Part shown: in pieces, positions 10,365-20,320 of the stretch | Position numbering within the stretch: the first letter of the stretch is position 1 | Layout: each line of letters starts with the position of its first letter | Position numbers and translations under genes: made by a program | NCBI GenBank assembly: GCA_963828735.1 | Contig: CAWHFW010000005.1 | Coordinates: 2,592,001-2,656,000, forward strand | Direction: 5' to 3' | DNA: 64,000 nt | Source: an uncultured Gemmatimonadales bacterium | GTDB lineage: Bacteria > Gemmatimonadota > Gemmatimonadetes > Gemmatimonadales > GWC2-71-9 | Notes under the pieces: generated by a model | Told to the model about the DNA's origin: nothing | Databases searched by the model: none | The model's input: the letters and a program-made list of their open reading frames with translations, nothing else

Positions 10365-10771
10365 TCACCTGCTGCGCCACGTTGGCGTGAGCGGGATTCG
10401 TCGCGGTCCGAGATCAGGGCCTCCGCAACCATCTCCAGGAGCTGCAGCCTGAGGAAGGGCTTGGGCAGGAATCGGACCGACGACAGGTCGGGTGCCTCCT
10501 GCACGGCGTCCAGTACCTTGCTCGAATCGCCCGACATCACGATGAGCGGAAGGCGCGGGGACTCGGCGCGCAGATGGACGACGATGGTCAGCCCGTCCAT
10601 GTCGGCCATCCGCATGTCCGTGATCACCAGGTCCGCCCCTCGTTCCTGCCAGAGCTGGAGCCCGCGCGCGCCGCTCTCGGCGGTAAGGCAATCGTAGCCT
10701 GCCGCCATGAGAATTCGCTTGGTGACGTCCCGGATGGCCTGGTCGTCTTCGATGATCAGAATACGGTGCAC
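10361..10771 (-). CDS. Single-domain response regulator (receiver only)
   Basis: ILIIEDD, DLVITDMRM..MDG, IVMSG, FLPKPF. Confidence 0.92.
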   Translation of the reverse strand: MHRILIIEDDQAIRDVTKRILMAAGYDCLTAESGARGLQLWQERGADLVITDMRMADMDGLTIVVHLRAESPRLPLIVMSGDSSKVLDAVQEAPDLSSVRFLPKPFLRLQLLEMVAEALISDRDESRSRQRGAAGD

Positions 10772-10840
10772 CCTATGAAGGTCGCGCGGGGCGGGCTGGC
10801 GCGGAAGCCCCCGCCTCCCTGAGGGCGGCCCCGCCTCGGC

Positions 10841-11143
10841 TCAGCGGCCCTCGTTCTCGAGGCCGAGCCGATGCTCGCGCGCCTCGGTAGCTTCGCCTTC
10901 GGCCGACTCGGCGGCAGGATGCGCCGCCGCCCTGCCGCGTCCGCGTATTCCTGCCGCCAGCATGAGGAGTCCGAACACCAGCATCACGAGTCCCCACCAC
11001 AAATCGATGTTGACTCCGAGCGAGGGGGCGTAGTGCTCCGCCTGCTCCGCGGTGGCCAGGCCGTAGCCGCCGAGGACCAGCCCGAGGACCGTGAACAGCC
11101 CTCCGATCGGCAGCCGGATGTCCAAGGTGCCGGCCGAGCTCAT
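10841..11143 (-). CDS. Small two-TM membrane protein associated with the SSS transporter
   Basis: LDIRLPIGGLF..LG, NIDLWWGLVMLVFG; directly downstream of the symporter. Confidence 0.75.
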   Translation of the reverse strand: MSSAGTLDIRLPIGGLFTVLGLVLGGYGLATAEQAEHYAPSLGVNIDLWWGLVMLVFGLLMLAAGIRGRGRAAAHPAAESAEGEATEAREHRLGLENEGR

Positions 11144-11153
11144 GGACGCCCCC

Positions 11154-12929
11154 TCAGTAGAAGATCAAGTTGAGCATGACCGTCAGCACCAGGACGGTCA
11201 CCGCCAGCACCCAGGGACGCGCGAGCACCGGCAGCTGACGGTCGCTTGGCCTGGGCGTGAGTGAGTACACGAGCCCCCGGAGCTCGTCGGCCGGCCGCGG
11301 GCGCGTGGCCAGGCTCACCACGATGGTGACCAGGAAGCAGGTGACCCACGCGACGATTGCCGTCCAGAAGGTCTGCGCCAGCTCGCTCGGGAACGTGTGG
11401 ACCAGGCCGAGATAGCCGCCCTTCACGCCGGGCGCCGTGCCAACCGGCAGAGTGAGGCCGTGGTGCACCGCGGCCGCCAGCGTCCCGGCGAGGAGGCCCA
11501 CGAAGGCTCCGTGCCCGGTCGTGCGCCGCCAGAACATGCCGAGGGCGAAGGTCGCGAAGAGCGGCGCGTTGACGAACGCGAAGACGAGCTGCAGCAGGTC
11601 CATGATGTTGTTGAATGCGCCGGCGACGTAGGCCGCGGCCACCGCCAGCGCGATCCCCGCGACCGTCGCCACCCGGCCCATCCACAGGTAGTGGGCGTCG
11701 GACGCCCCCCGACGGATGTGACTCTGGTAGATGTCGTAGGTCCAGACCGTGTTGAACGCCGTCACGTTGCCGGCCATCCCCGACATGAACGAGGCCATGA
11801 GCGCCGTGAGGCCGAGACCGAGCATGCCGGCGGGGAACAGGTGTACGAGCATCATCGGGGTGGCCAGATCATAGTCGAGCAACACCCTGCCCGAGCTGTC
11901 CAGCAGGGGCGCCCCATCCGCGGCGAGCTTGGCGGGCACGAGCCCCTGGCCCGCAACGGCGGCGTCATGCCCGGCGCCCAGCACCATCGCGATCATTCCC
12001 GGCAGAATCACGAGGAACGGGAACAGCATCTTCGGCACGGCGGCGATGAGCGGGGTTCGGCGCGCGGCGGTCATCGAGTCGGCGGCCATGGCGCGCTGGA
12101 CCACGAGAAAGTCGGTGCACCAGTAGCCGAACGAGAGCACAAAGCCGAGTCCCATCACGAGTCCGAACCATTCGACGCCGATCGGATTGCGGGTCGCGTC
12201 GCCGAGGGTGGACCAGGTGTGGGTGTAGGCGCCGGCGGGGAGGCCTCGCGCGGTCGCGACCTCAGCGAGACGGTTCGCGAGGCCATCCCATCCGCCGATC
12301 GCGTAAAGGCCGAGGGCGACGAGCGGGATGAAGCCGAAGACGATCAGGAAGAACTGGAGGACCTCGTTGTAGATGGCGCTGGTCAGCCCGCCGAGGAGGA
12401 TGTAGACGAGCACGATGATCGCGGCGACGATCACGCTGGCGTCGAAGCTCCAGCCCAGCAGCAGATTGAGGAGCTTGCCCATGGCGTACATCGAAACGCC
12501 GGAGGAGAACACGGTCATCACCGCGAAGGAGACGGCATTCAACGTTCGGGTCTTCTCGTCGAACCGGAGCCGCAGGTATTCGGGCACCGAGCGGGCCCGC
12601 GAGCCGTAGTAGAACGGCATCATGAACAACCCGACGAAGACCATCGCGGGAATCGCCCCCACCCAGTAGAAGTGGCTCGTGGCGATCCCGTACTTGGCGC
12701 CGGACGCGCCCATCCCGATGACCTCCTGCGCGCCGAGGTTGGCGGAGATGAACGCCAGGCCGGTGATCCACGGCGGCAGCGAGCGACCGGACAGGAAGAA
12801 ATCCGTGCTCGTCCGTGTCAATCGCCGAAGGCCCCAGCCGACGCCCAGTACGGCGATAAAGTAGACCGCCATCACGAGGTAGTCGATCGGCGACAGATGG
12901 GCGACGGGGGCGGGGGCCATGACGTTCAC
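11154..12929 (-). CDS. Sodium:solute symporter (SSS) family protein
   Basis: DFFLSGRSLP, SANLGAQE, YGSRARSVPEYLRLRFD, GGLTSAIYNE, YWCTDFLVVQRA; many TM helices. Confidence 0.95.
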   Translation of the reverse strand: MNVMAPAPVAHLSPIDYLVMAVYFIAVLGVGWGLRRLTRTSTDFFLSGRSLPPWITGLAFISANLGAQEVIGMGASGAKYGIATSHFYWVGAIPAMVFVGLFMMPFYYGSRARSVPEYLRLRFDEKTRTLNAVSFAVMTVFSSGVSMYAMGKLLNLLLGWSFDASVIVAAIIVLVYILLGGLTSAIYNEVLQFFLIVFGFIPLVALGLYAIGGWDGLANRLAEVATARGLPAGAYTHTWSTLGDATRNPIGVEWFGLVMGLGFVLSFGYWCTDFLVVQRAMAADSMTAARRTPLIAAVPKMLFPFLVILPGMIAMVLGAGHDAAVAGQGLVPAKLAADGAPLLDSSGRVLLDYDLATPMMLVHLFPAGMLGLGLTALMASFMSGMAGNVTAFNTVWTYDIYQSHIRRGASDAHYLWMGRVATVAGIALAVAAAYVAGAFNNIMDLLQLVFAFVNAPLFATFALGMFWRRTTGHGAFVGLLAGTLAAAVHHGLTLPVGTAPGVKGGYLGLVHTFPSELAQTFWTAIVAWVTCFLVTIVVSLATRPRPADELRGLVYSLTPRPSDRQLPVLARPWVLAVTVLVLTVMLNLIFY

Positions 12930-15433
12930 CGGTGAGGGATCCCGGACAACAGGTACTGCACGGCGAGATCGGTGCTGCTCCAGAGCTGCACGTCGGAGCT
13001 GGTGCCGTAGCGGGTGGGCCGCAGGCGCCCGCCCTCGATACGGTAGCTCCAGAGCTCGCTATGCTCCAGTCCTGAGGCGCGCACCGCGTCGAGGGTGGCC
13101 TGCAAGGCGGCCGAGGCGCGCCGCGCCTGCGGGTTGGCGGCCGCATCGGGGCCGGCCCCCGTCCGGAGGGACAGGCCGAGCAGCAGGAGGTTCACCTCGC
13201 GGCCCCACACGACCCGCGGCCCGTGGTACGCATCCTTCGCGAAGGTGTCCCACACCCGGCGCTCGGCGTACGCATCGTTCGCGACCAATGGTCCCAGACC
13301 CCCGACGAACAGGCCGAACGGGTAGGGCTCGAGGAACGCCTCGATGGCCTCGAGCTGCCCGGGCCTGCCGGACGTTGCGTCCAGGAAGAGCTCGGTGGCG
13401 GGGTCGGTGTTGACGACGGCGATCGGTGCGCCGGCGGAGTCCAGCGACAACGCGAGGAACGTGAGCGAATCGGGGAGGGAGTCCGGCGCCCCGGCGACCT
13501 GCCTCCAGTAGGCGCGTTCCGAGGCCGGGAGCCACGCCAGTTTGGCCGCGATCGCCCGCGCGATCCGTGCGGAGTCGAGCGTGACCACGAAGTGCCGGCG
13601 GGCTCCGTACCAGGTGCTGGCGGCGCGGCGCAGGGTGCTCGAATCGGCCAGGTAGGCGGCCATCGGCCCCGCGAGCGCGTCGGGCGCGAGCGAGTCGAGC
13701 ATCTCCCGTCCGATGCCGAGGCCGGGAAGGGCGGACAGGATGGCGTTCATCGCCTCGAGGGCGCGCGGCGCCCAGATCGCGTTGATGTCCATCGCGTAGC
13801 GCCCGTTGGCATAGCCGGCATCGCTGTCTCGCCAGCTGGAGGAGCGCCAGTGGGTGGAATCGCGCTTGACGAAGCTGATGAGGTTCGCCGGCCTCGGGTC
13901 ACTCACGTACGGCTGGGTCTCCGCCGCCACGAGGGCCAGCTCCCGGAGCATCAGCGTGAGCCGCGGCGGAGCGCCCCTTTCGCGCTCGAGCAGGAACGAC
14001 CGCTTCCGGTCCCGCGTGACGGCCGTATCGGCGAGGTAGCGCGCCTCGAGAATGGGGAGCTGGAGCTCGTCGTCCAGCATGTGATAGTTCTCGCGGGTGC
14101 GGCGGAGCTCGGCCAGGATGGCATCCGCGCGGTCGAGCGCACATTGCGACACCGCGCTCCACGTGGGCGTCGGCGGGCCCGCGGCGGGAACGGCGGTGTC
14201 TCGAGTGGACATCGGAAACGTCAGGTCCCCGATGTTGGGAGCGGTGTCGCACACGGCCAGGGCCGCGCTGTCCGCTCGGCCCGTGCCGGGTCGTCCGGTC
14301 GCCTGGAAGTAGGCCGACATCGCCGCATTGTACCGGGCGGCGTTCTCGCGGATGGCCTGCCCGCCGAGCGCCTCCTCGTGGCTCACATCGCCTCGCGGCG
14401 AGAGCTTCCGCAGGACGCTGGCGATGACGTGCTCGGACATCGCCGGCCGCCAGATCGGCCGCATCATGAGGGCCGCCATCATCATGTCCCGCCCGAAGTA
14501 GGTCGCGAAGTTCGGCAAGCCGGCCATCAGCTTCTGCTCCGAGCTCAAGAGCTCGACGCTCCGCACCTCCCGCTCCAGCCGGCGAGCCGCCGCCGAGGTC
14601 GAGTCGCGGCTCCGCTCGCCGCCGACGAAATCGAGGAACTCCCGATTGAAGATCGAATCGCGCGCGATCGGCGTGAGCGACCCCGCGTCGCTGGCGATGC
14701 GGATCGTGAGCACGACTGGCCGCTGCGACCGGGAGTGGACGGACACGGTGCGGCCGGCTCGCCGCATGCTGGCCGCGGCCGGATCGACCCCGAGGTCCAG
14801 GACGAGGCGGCTCCTCCCGTCGAGGGAGGGGCGCTCGACGCGCATGCCGCAGCTCGCTGCCGAGCAGGCCCCGGTGACCGTGGGGAGGAGACGCGAGCGA
14901 AGCGCCCCGACGCTGTCCGCGTGGAGGAGCTCCAGCTGCCGCGACCGCTCGGGCCCGCCGAGTCGGGCGACGTTGGCCACCAGCAGCGACTCCTCCGCCA
15001 CGTGGAACGCGGGCGCGTCGTACGGCCGGAGGTGCCGCTTGTCGTACTGAAAGTCGCGCTCGACTCGCATCGTCCCGAGGAGGAACCATCCGAGGGTCAC
15101 GCTCGAGGTGCCGGTCGCGAGCCGGTACTCGAGCGTCCGCATCCCGCCGGAGTCTCCCGTTACCGCGCTGTCGCCCTGCCACGCCAGCCGAACCGGTCGT
15201 CCGGCGGCATCACGGACGGTGAAGCCGAGACTCTCGTCGTCGGCATCGGCCCAGAGGTTGACCACACGTCCCCCGCGCGGCTCGAGATAGACCTGCACGG
15301 TGTTGCCTTTCGAGTCGCGGTAGAAGCGCGTGCGGTATCCCTGATAGGCGGCGGTGTCGTCCACGCCGGCCTCGGGGAAGGCCAGGACGGGCGCCTGGGA
15401 CGTCTGCAGGAGCAGGAGGGCGAGCGCGATCAC
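12926..15433 (-). CDS. Secreted putative (alpha/alpha)6 glycoside hydrolase, debranching-enzyme-like and not assignable to a family by eye
   Basis: GTG start overlapping the upstream TGA; signal-like N-terminus; motifs AGLPNFATYFGRD, SHEE, WRDS..G, YHGPRVVW, SELWSY. Confidence 0.6.
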   Translation of the reverse strand: MIALALLLLQTSQAPVLAFPEAGVDDTAAYQGYRTRFYRDSKGNTVQVYLEPRGGRVVNLWADADDESLGFTVRDAAGRPVRLAWQGDSAVTGDSGGMRTLEYRLATGTSSVTLGWFLLGTMRVERDFQYDKRHLRPYDAPAFHVAEESLLVANVARLGGPERSRQLELLHADSVGALRSRLLPTVTGACSAASCGMRVERPSLDGRSRLVLDLGVDPAAASMRRAGRTVSVHSRSQRPVVLTIRIASDAGSLTPIARDSIFNREFLDFVGGERSRDSTSAAARRLEREVRSVELLSSEQKLMAGLPNFATYFGRDMMMAALMMRPIWRPAMSEHVIASVLRKLSPRGDVSHEEALGGQAIRENAARYNAAMSAYFQATGRPGTGRADSAALAVCDTAPNIGDLTFPMSTRDTAVPAAGPPTPTWSAVSQCALDRADAILAELRRTRENYHMLDDELQLPILEARYLADTAVTRDRKRSFLLERERGAPPRLTLMLRELALVAAETQPYVSDPRPANLISFVKRDSTHWRSSSWRDSDAGYANGRYAMDINAIWAPRALEAMNAILSALPGLGIGREMLDSLAPDALAGPMAAYLADSSTLRRAASTWYGARRHFVVTLDSARIARAIAAKLAWLPASERAYWRQVAGAPDSLPDSLTFLALSLDSAGAPIAVVNTDPATELFLDATSGRPGQLEAIEAFLEPYPFGLFVGGLGPLVANDAYAERRVWDTFAKDAYHGPRVVWGREVNLLLLGLSLRTGAGPDAAANPQARRASAALQATLDAVRASGLEHSELWSYRIEGGRLRPTRYGTSSDVQLWSSTDLAVQYLLSGIPHR
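14145..14251. repeat. Palindromic element with terminal inverted repeats inside a CDS
   Basis: TGCGACACCGC (14145-14155) / GCGGTGTCGCA (14241-14251) perfect 11-bp IR with imperfect inward extension. Confidence 0.5.
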
Positions 15434-17625
15434 TGGGGAGCCGCGGCTTCGTGCGGCACGACGCGTCGGCCGGTGGAATCGACAATCACGTCGTATCGCT
15501 TGCCGCGGACGTGCACGTTTCTGAGGACGAGGCGGGTGATGCCCGAGGGCAGCATGGGCGGGAAGGCGGGCTCGAGGCCGCGGTCTCCCAGCCGGAGGCC
15601 GGTATAGCCGAAGATCACCTGCTGCAGGAATCCCCCGGCGCCGGTCAGGAAGCTCACCGCGTTGTTCGTGGGCGTTTCCGACGGCAGCAGGAACGGGCCC
15701 TTCAGGTGATTCCGATAGCTGTAGGGAAGGAGCGAGTCGACCAGGCGCCGATCGCCCAGCTCGGCGGCGCCCACGGACAGGAGCGTGATGCCCATCATGG
15801 CTCCCTGGGCCTCGTCCTCGAGCCGTGAGACGGCCTGATCGAGGTGGCTGCGCTTGGCCGCGTCGCTCATCGCGACCCCGAGGGGATAGGCAAGCAGCGG
15901 GGTGACCCAGCCCAGCGTACTGTCGGGCGCACCCTCGTAGGTGCGGAAGAATCCGCTCGCGGAGTCGATCGGCATGTGCAGCTTCGAGGCGACTTCGGCC
16001 CACCGCGGATCGGCCGCGACGCCGAGCCGGCGGGCGGCCGCGGTCGCGAACTCCAGGTTCCGCCGGGCGACGGCGTTGGTGTACGCGTCGTCGCTCACGC
16101 CGACGAGCCCCTCCGCCACCGAGACGACCTTGCGAATGTGGTAGCGGCCGCCGGCGGAGTCGTACGAGGCGCGGCTCACCCAGAAGTCCGCGGTTCCGCG
16201 GATGACGGGAAACCCTTCCCGGGCGAGCCACGCGGAGTCGCCTGTGGCGAGGTAATACTGCCACTGGGCGAGGGCCACGTCGCCGTTCACGTGGATCTCG
16301 GAGCTGGCGTTCTGCGCGGCGAAGTGCGGCGTCGTCTCGACGCCGCGCTCGTCGGCCTCCCACGGATACTGGGCGCCGCGGAAGCCGTTCGCCCGTGCGT
16401 TGGCCTCCGCGGCGGGCAGGGTACGGGCACGGAAGGCCACCATCGAATGCGCGACGTCCGGATGGGTGAGCACCAGGGCGGGAAACATCCAGGTGTCGGA
16501 ATCCCAGAACACGTGCCCATAGTAACCGCCGCTGGAGAGTCCCATCGGCGGAATGCCCATGGTCGTGCCCGAGTCGGCGCTGCAGAGAAGGTAGAAGAGC
16601 ATCGTGCGGGCGACCCGCTGGAGCTCTGGATTTCCATCCAGGACGACGTCGGTCTCCCAACGGCGCGCCCACGCGCCCGCGTTGGCGGTCGCCAGCGCGT
16701 CGTATCCTCGCGCCCGCGCCTCTTCCGCGCGGCGTGCGGCCACCGCCGCCGGGTTGCCGGTCTCCCCGGACGTGGCGAACCCGACGAGCTGCGTGAAGAC
16801 GTAGGGACGATCGGCCACCGCCTCGAAGGCCACCTCGGCCGACGCGCTATCTCCCGACGCGCGCACGTGCACCTTCGCCCCCGGCAGGTCTCGCGGCCAG
16901 GAGACCTCGGCGGCCTCGGCGAAGATGGATTTCCGTCCTTCGGGACTCGCGGCGAGCGTAAGGGAGGCGCCGTCGGTCCGTTGGCGCGCCTGTCGCGATC
17001 CGACCACCATGTGTCCGGGATACCACAGCTCTCTCGGACCCCAACCCGGCGCGGTGCGCGAGAGCGTGTCGAGCGGAAGCCGGGGTGGGGAAGGCCACCC
17101 CGCGAGCCCGAGGCGGAGCCGCACCCGTCCGGCCTGGTGGGGACGCACCTCGAGCCTCACCGCCGCGAGGCCCGGAGAGGCACGCGAGATGAACGTCTGG
17201 ACCAGGATCGATGTACGCCTCGATCCGTCCACCCACTCGTACGCGGTACGAGCGGTCGCGGTGCGCATGTCGATGGTCTGCCGGTAGCCCTGGACCGACG
17301 CCTGGTCCATCGAGTCGGGCCCGAGCCACCGCTCGCCGTCGTGCACGGCGATGGCGTTCCACGCCGGCGCCGCAGCGATCCGAGGCACGTCACGGGGCCC
17401 GTGCTCGTAGAGACCTGTCACGATGGATGTCGAGGCCCCGACGCCAAGCGCCGGGATGACCACCCCGATCCAGCCGTTGCCGATGAATGGGGAAGGCGCG
17501 CGCCGGGCGTCCTCCGTCGACAGGACGAAGGTCGAGTCCGCGGCCTGCGCCTGCAGGCGGCCGGCCAGGGCGAGCAGGATGCCCGCCCAGGCTGCCGCCG
17601 CGACCCGCTTAGGGAGTGCCGCCAA
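15430..17625 (-). CDS. Secreted GH65 family glycoside hydrolase (start codon uncertain)
   Basis: PMGLSSGGYYGHVFWDSDTWMFP, GAQYPWE, EIHVNGDVA, FLTGAGGFLQQVIFGYTGLR; signal peptide ending AQA. Confidence 0.9.
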   Translation of the reverse strand: MAALPKRVAAAAWAGILLALAGRLQAQAADSTFVLSTEDARRAPSPFIGNGWIGVVIPALGVGASTSIVTGLYEHGPRDVPRIAAAPAWNAIAVHDGERWLGPDSMDQASVQGYRQTIDMRTATARTAYEWVDGSRRTSILVQTFISRASPGLAAVRLEVRPHQAGRVRLRLGLAGWPSPPRLPLDTLSRTAPGWGPRELWYPGHMVVGSRQARQRTDGASLTLAASPEGRKSIFAEAAEVSWPRDLPGAKVHVRASGDSASAEVAFEAVADRPYVFTQLVGFATSGETGNPAAVAARRAEEARARGYDALATANAGAWARRWETDVVLDGNPELQRVARTMLFYLLCSADSGTTMGIPPMGLSSGGYYGHVFWDSDTWMFPALVLTHPDVAHSMVAFRARTLPAAEANARANGFRGAQYPWEADERGVETTPHFAAQNASSEIHVNGDVALAQWQYYLATGDSAWLAREGFPVIRGTADFWVSRASYDSAGGRYHIRKVVSVAEGLVGVSDDAYTNAVARRNLEFATAAARRLGVAADPRWAEVASKLHMPIDSASGFFRTYEGAPDSTLGWVTPLLAYPLGVAMSDAAKRSHLDQAVSRLEDEAQGAMMGITLLSVGAAELGDRRLVDSLLPYSYRNHLKGPFLLPSETPTNNAVSFLTGAGGFLQQVIFGYTGLRLGDRGLEPAFPPMLPSGITRLVLRNVHVRGKRYDVIVDSTGRRVVPHEAAAPQ

Positions 17626-20320
17626 AGTCGTACGACACCGAGACCGTGAACCGCCTCGGCAGGATGGGCCGGGCCAGGAAGATCGGGTTGCCGCCCGTGG
17701 TCAGGAGGCGCGGGTTGCCTTCCTCGAGACCCTTGCTCTGAAACGCGTTCAGCAGGTCGACACTGATGCGCGTGCCCGTGTTCGGCAGCGCATACCCCGC
17801 GCCGAAGTTGAAGTAGTTGTAGGCCGGGAGGGAGATCCCGAGCGTCTGGTCCACCGGGCGCGAATCCACCCAATGCCAGTCCGCCTTCAGCTGGAAGCCG
17901 GTGCGGGGCAGCGTGTACACGCCCGCGAGGTTGGCGAGCGACGTCGGCACGCCGTTGATTCGGCTGCCGATGTCCGCGCCGGCGCCGGTCCCGAGCTCGG
18001 CCTTGAGCAGCGTAGCCGTGCCGAAGAACTGGAAGCCGTTGAACACCGATGCTACCGCCTCGAGCTCGGCCCCGTAGGCGTTGTTCTCGGGCGAGGTGGT
18101 GATGATCCAGGTCGAGCCGCCCGTCACCGGGTCGATGACCAGACCCTGGCTCACGATGTTGGTGAGCTTGGTGTAGAAACCGTTGACCGTGAACCCGAAC
18201 TTCGGGGTGGCCACCTTCACGCCCCCCTCGAGCGACTTGACCGTGCGCGAGTCGAACAGGTCCACCTGCGCTTCCGCCTGCGCGTTCAGGAACTCGTCGA
18301 GCGCCGGCATCTTGTAGCCGCGCGACCCCGAGGCGAAGAGCGAGAGATTAGTGGACAGCCGGTAGTTGAGGCCGATCGACGCGGCCCAGTCCGTCAGGCT
18401 CTTGTCGAAGTGGCGGAAGCTGTTATTGCCGAAGGTCTCGTTGTTGAACGTCGTGGTCGAGTCAAGGTCGAGGTCGAAGGTGGACGTGTTTTCCGAGCTC
18501 TGCACGAAGTTGTCGTACTCGACGCGGCCGCCGACGTCCGCGCGGAGCCGCTCGGTGATCTGAATTTCTCCACCGAGAACGCCCGAGGCGACGGACGCCT
18601 GGCCTGAGCCGTTGGCGTACCCGGACAGGTAGTTCAGGAAGCCGTTCTGGGTGATCGCCCTCGGCGTGCCGCCCGGCGTCGTGACCACGGCGTCGAGGAA
18701 GCGCGGGTTGTCGCGGACGTCGGTCAGGATCTGAGTGAAGAACCAATGGTTGTCCTGCGAGTAGTTCGCGAAGTACGCGCCCGCGGAGAAGATGTGCGAC
18801 TTGATCTGCTTCCGCACCTGGAGCTGATCCTGGAACGCCGAGATCGGCTTGGAGACGTGGATGTCCTGGCCTGGGGCGACGAGCCCGTTCGGTGTGTCGA
18901 ACGGCGCGTGAATCTTGCCGGAGGCGTCGAAGTGATTGGTGAAGGTCAGCGCGATGGTCGAGCCGGCCGGCAGCTCGAGGCCCGCCTGGCCCTTGGGCAG
19001 GCTGAGGAAGTCCGCGACGGTCATCGCGCTGGACGGCACGAGGGCGTTCCACTCCTGCTGGTTCTGCATTACCTGCGCGGTGTTCTGGATGTGCCAGTTG
19101 TTGTCGAGATCGAACGCCGCGTCGGCGGTCAGCCAGCCGGCCGAGGTCTTGAGGCCGTTGTCGAGCGGCAGCGTCAGATCCCCGGTCGGGATCGGGACGC
19201 GAAGGTCGAGACCTTCGTTGGTGTTCATCGACCCGTAGTCGCTGAAGCCGGGAACGAACTGCGGGTTGTTGGCGTCGGTGAACGGAAGGTCGAGAATGAA
19301 CTGGTTGCGGTCCGCGATCACCTTGCCGGTGAGCCGGATGTAGCCATTGTGCAGATTGCGGGTGAGGCTGGCCTTGGCCTGACCGCCCCGGATGCCGGGG
19401 TAGCCGGGGTCGCGCACGCCGTGGTCGTAGCGGTAGAAGCCGCCGACGTTGAACCGCCAGTCCTGCCCGAGCGGCCCGTTGACGTTGAGATCGTAGCGCG
19501 CGAGCCCTTCGGTGGCCGCGGAGGCCCGCATGGAGCCCGCGATCTGATCGCCGCCGCTCTTGTTGATGAAGTTGATGATCGCGCCCGGCGTGTTCGAGCC
19601 GAACAGCGAGGACGCGCCGCCCCGCACGACCTCCATGCGATCGATGTTCTCATCCATGCGGAACAGGTTGTCGGCGTTCATGAAGAAGGTGTGCATGGTC
19701 GGAAACACCGGCATGCCGTCCTCCATGAACATCACGTACTCGACGCCGAGGATACCGCGCATGGAGATGTTCTCGTTCACCTCGCCGCCCGAGCTCTCGA
19801 CCCGCGTGAACCCAGGCACGTAGCGCAGCACTTCGGTCGTGCTGCGGGGCGCGGCCCGCTCGATGTCGGTCGGCGTCATGGTGGTCACGGCGACGCTCGC
19901 ATCGAGGTTGATGCGCGGCGCCTGGGTGCCAGTTACGACCATCGTCTGCAGCTGAAGCGGGTCGCGGAGAAGCGTGAAATCCTGCGTCGTGGTGAGGTCG
20001 GCGGTGACGTTGACGCTGGCCGAGTCGGGCCGGAAGCCCAGCATGCGGACGTGGAGCGTCTGCGTTCCGGGCGGCACCTTCGTGAGCGTGTAGGACCCGC
20101 TGGGTGCGGCCGTAGTGGCGATGGCCGGCGTGACGAGGAAGACCTGCGCGCCGCTAACCCCAGCGCCGTGCTCGTCGACCACCCGGCCGCTGATGGTGCC
20201 GGTCTGTCCGGTCTGCTGCGCTCGCGCGGCGGGCGCGGCGGCGAGTGCCCCGAGGTGCCAGGCGAGCGCCACGGCGAGGATGTGGCGGGGGCGTAGTCGG
20301 TCCCAACGCGGTCGGTTCAT
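17609..20320 (-). CDS. TonB-dependent receptor with N-terminal carboxypeptidase-regulatory-like domain
   Basis: RBS GGAGG; signal peptide; VVTGT TonB box; plug (EVVRGGASSLFG..PGAIINFI); beta-barrel ending near SYDF. Confidence 0.93.
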   Translation of the reverse strand: MNRPRWDRLRPRHILAVALAWHLGALAAAPAARAQQTGQTGTISGRVVDEHGAGVSGAQVFLVTPAIATTAAPSGSYTLTKVPPGTQTLHVRMLGFRPDSASVNVTADLTTTQDFTLLRDPLQLQTMVVTGTQAPRINLDASVAVTTMTPTDIERAAPRSTTEVLRYVPGFTRVESSGGEVNENISMRGILGVEYVMFMEDGMPVFPTMHTFFMNADNLFRMDENIDRMEVVRGGASSLFGSNTPGAIINFINKSGGDQIAGSMRASAATEGLARYDLNVNGPLGQDWRFNVGGFYRYDHGVRDPGYPGIRGGQAKASLTRNLHNGYIRLTGKVIADRNQFILDLPFTDANNPQFVPGFSDYGSMNTNEGLDLRVPIPTGDLTLPLDNGLKTSAGWLTADAAFDLDNNWHIQNTAQVMQNQQEWNALVPSSAMTVADFLSLPKGQAGLELPAGSTIALTFTNHFDASGKIHAPFDTPNGLVAPGQDIHVSKPISAFQDQLQVRKQIKSHIFSAGAYFANYSQDNHWFFTQILTDVRDNPRFLDAVVTTPGGTPRAITQNGFLNYLSGYANGSGQASVASGVLGGEIQITERLRADVGGRVEYDNFVQSSENTSTFDLDLDSTTTFNNETFGNNSFRHFDKSLTDWAASIGLNYRLSTNLSLFASGSRGYKMPALDEFLNAQAEAQVDLFDSRTVKSLEGGVKVATPKFGFTVNGFYTKLTNIVSQGLVIDPVTGGSTWIITTSPENNAYGAELEAVASVFNGFQFFGTATLLKAELGTGAGADIGSRINGVPTSLANLAGVYTLPRTGFQLKADWHWVDSRPVDQTLGISLPAYNYFNFGAGYALPNTGTRISVDLLNAFQSKGLEEGNPRLLTTGGNPIFLARPILPRRFTVSVSYDFGGTP

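Noticed and set aside
15434..16672. N-terminal extension of the 1248-aa ORF, and similar extensions of ORFs 7039, 44100, 48941-51442 and 57180
   Set aside because: Arg/Pro-rich off-frame read-through of neighbouring genes, expected at this GC content.
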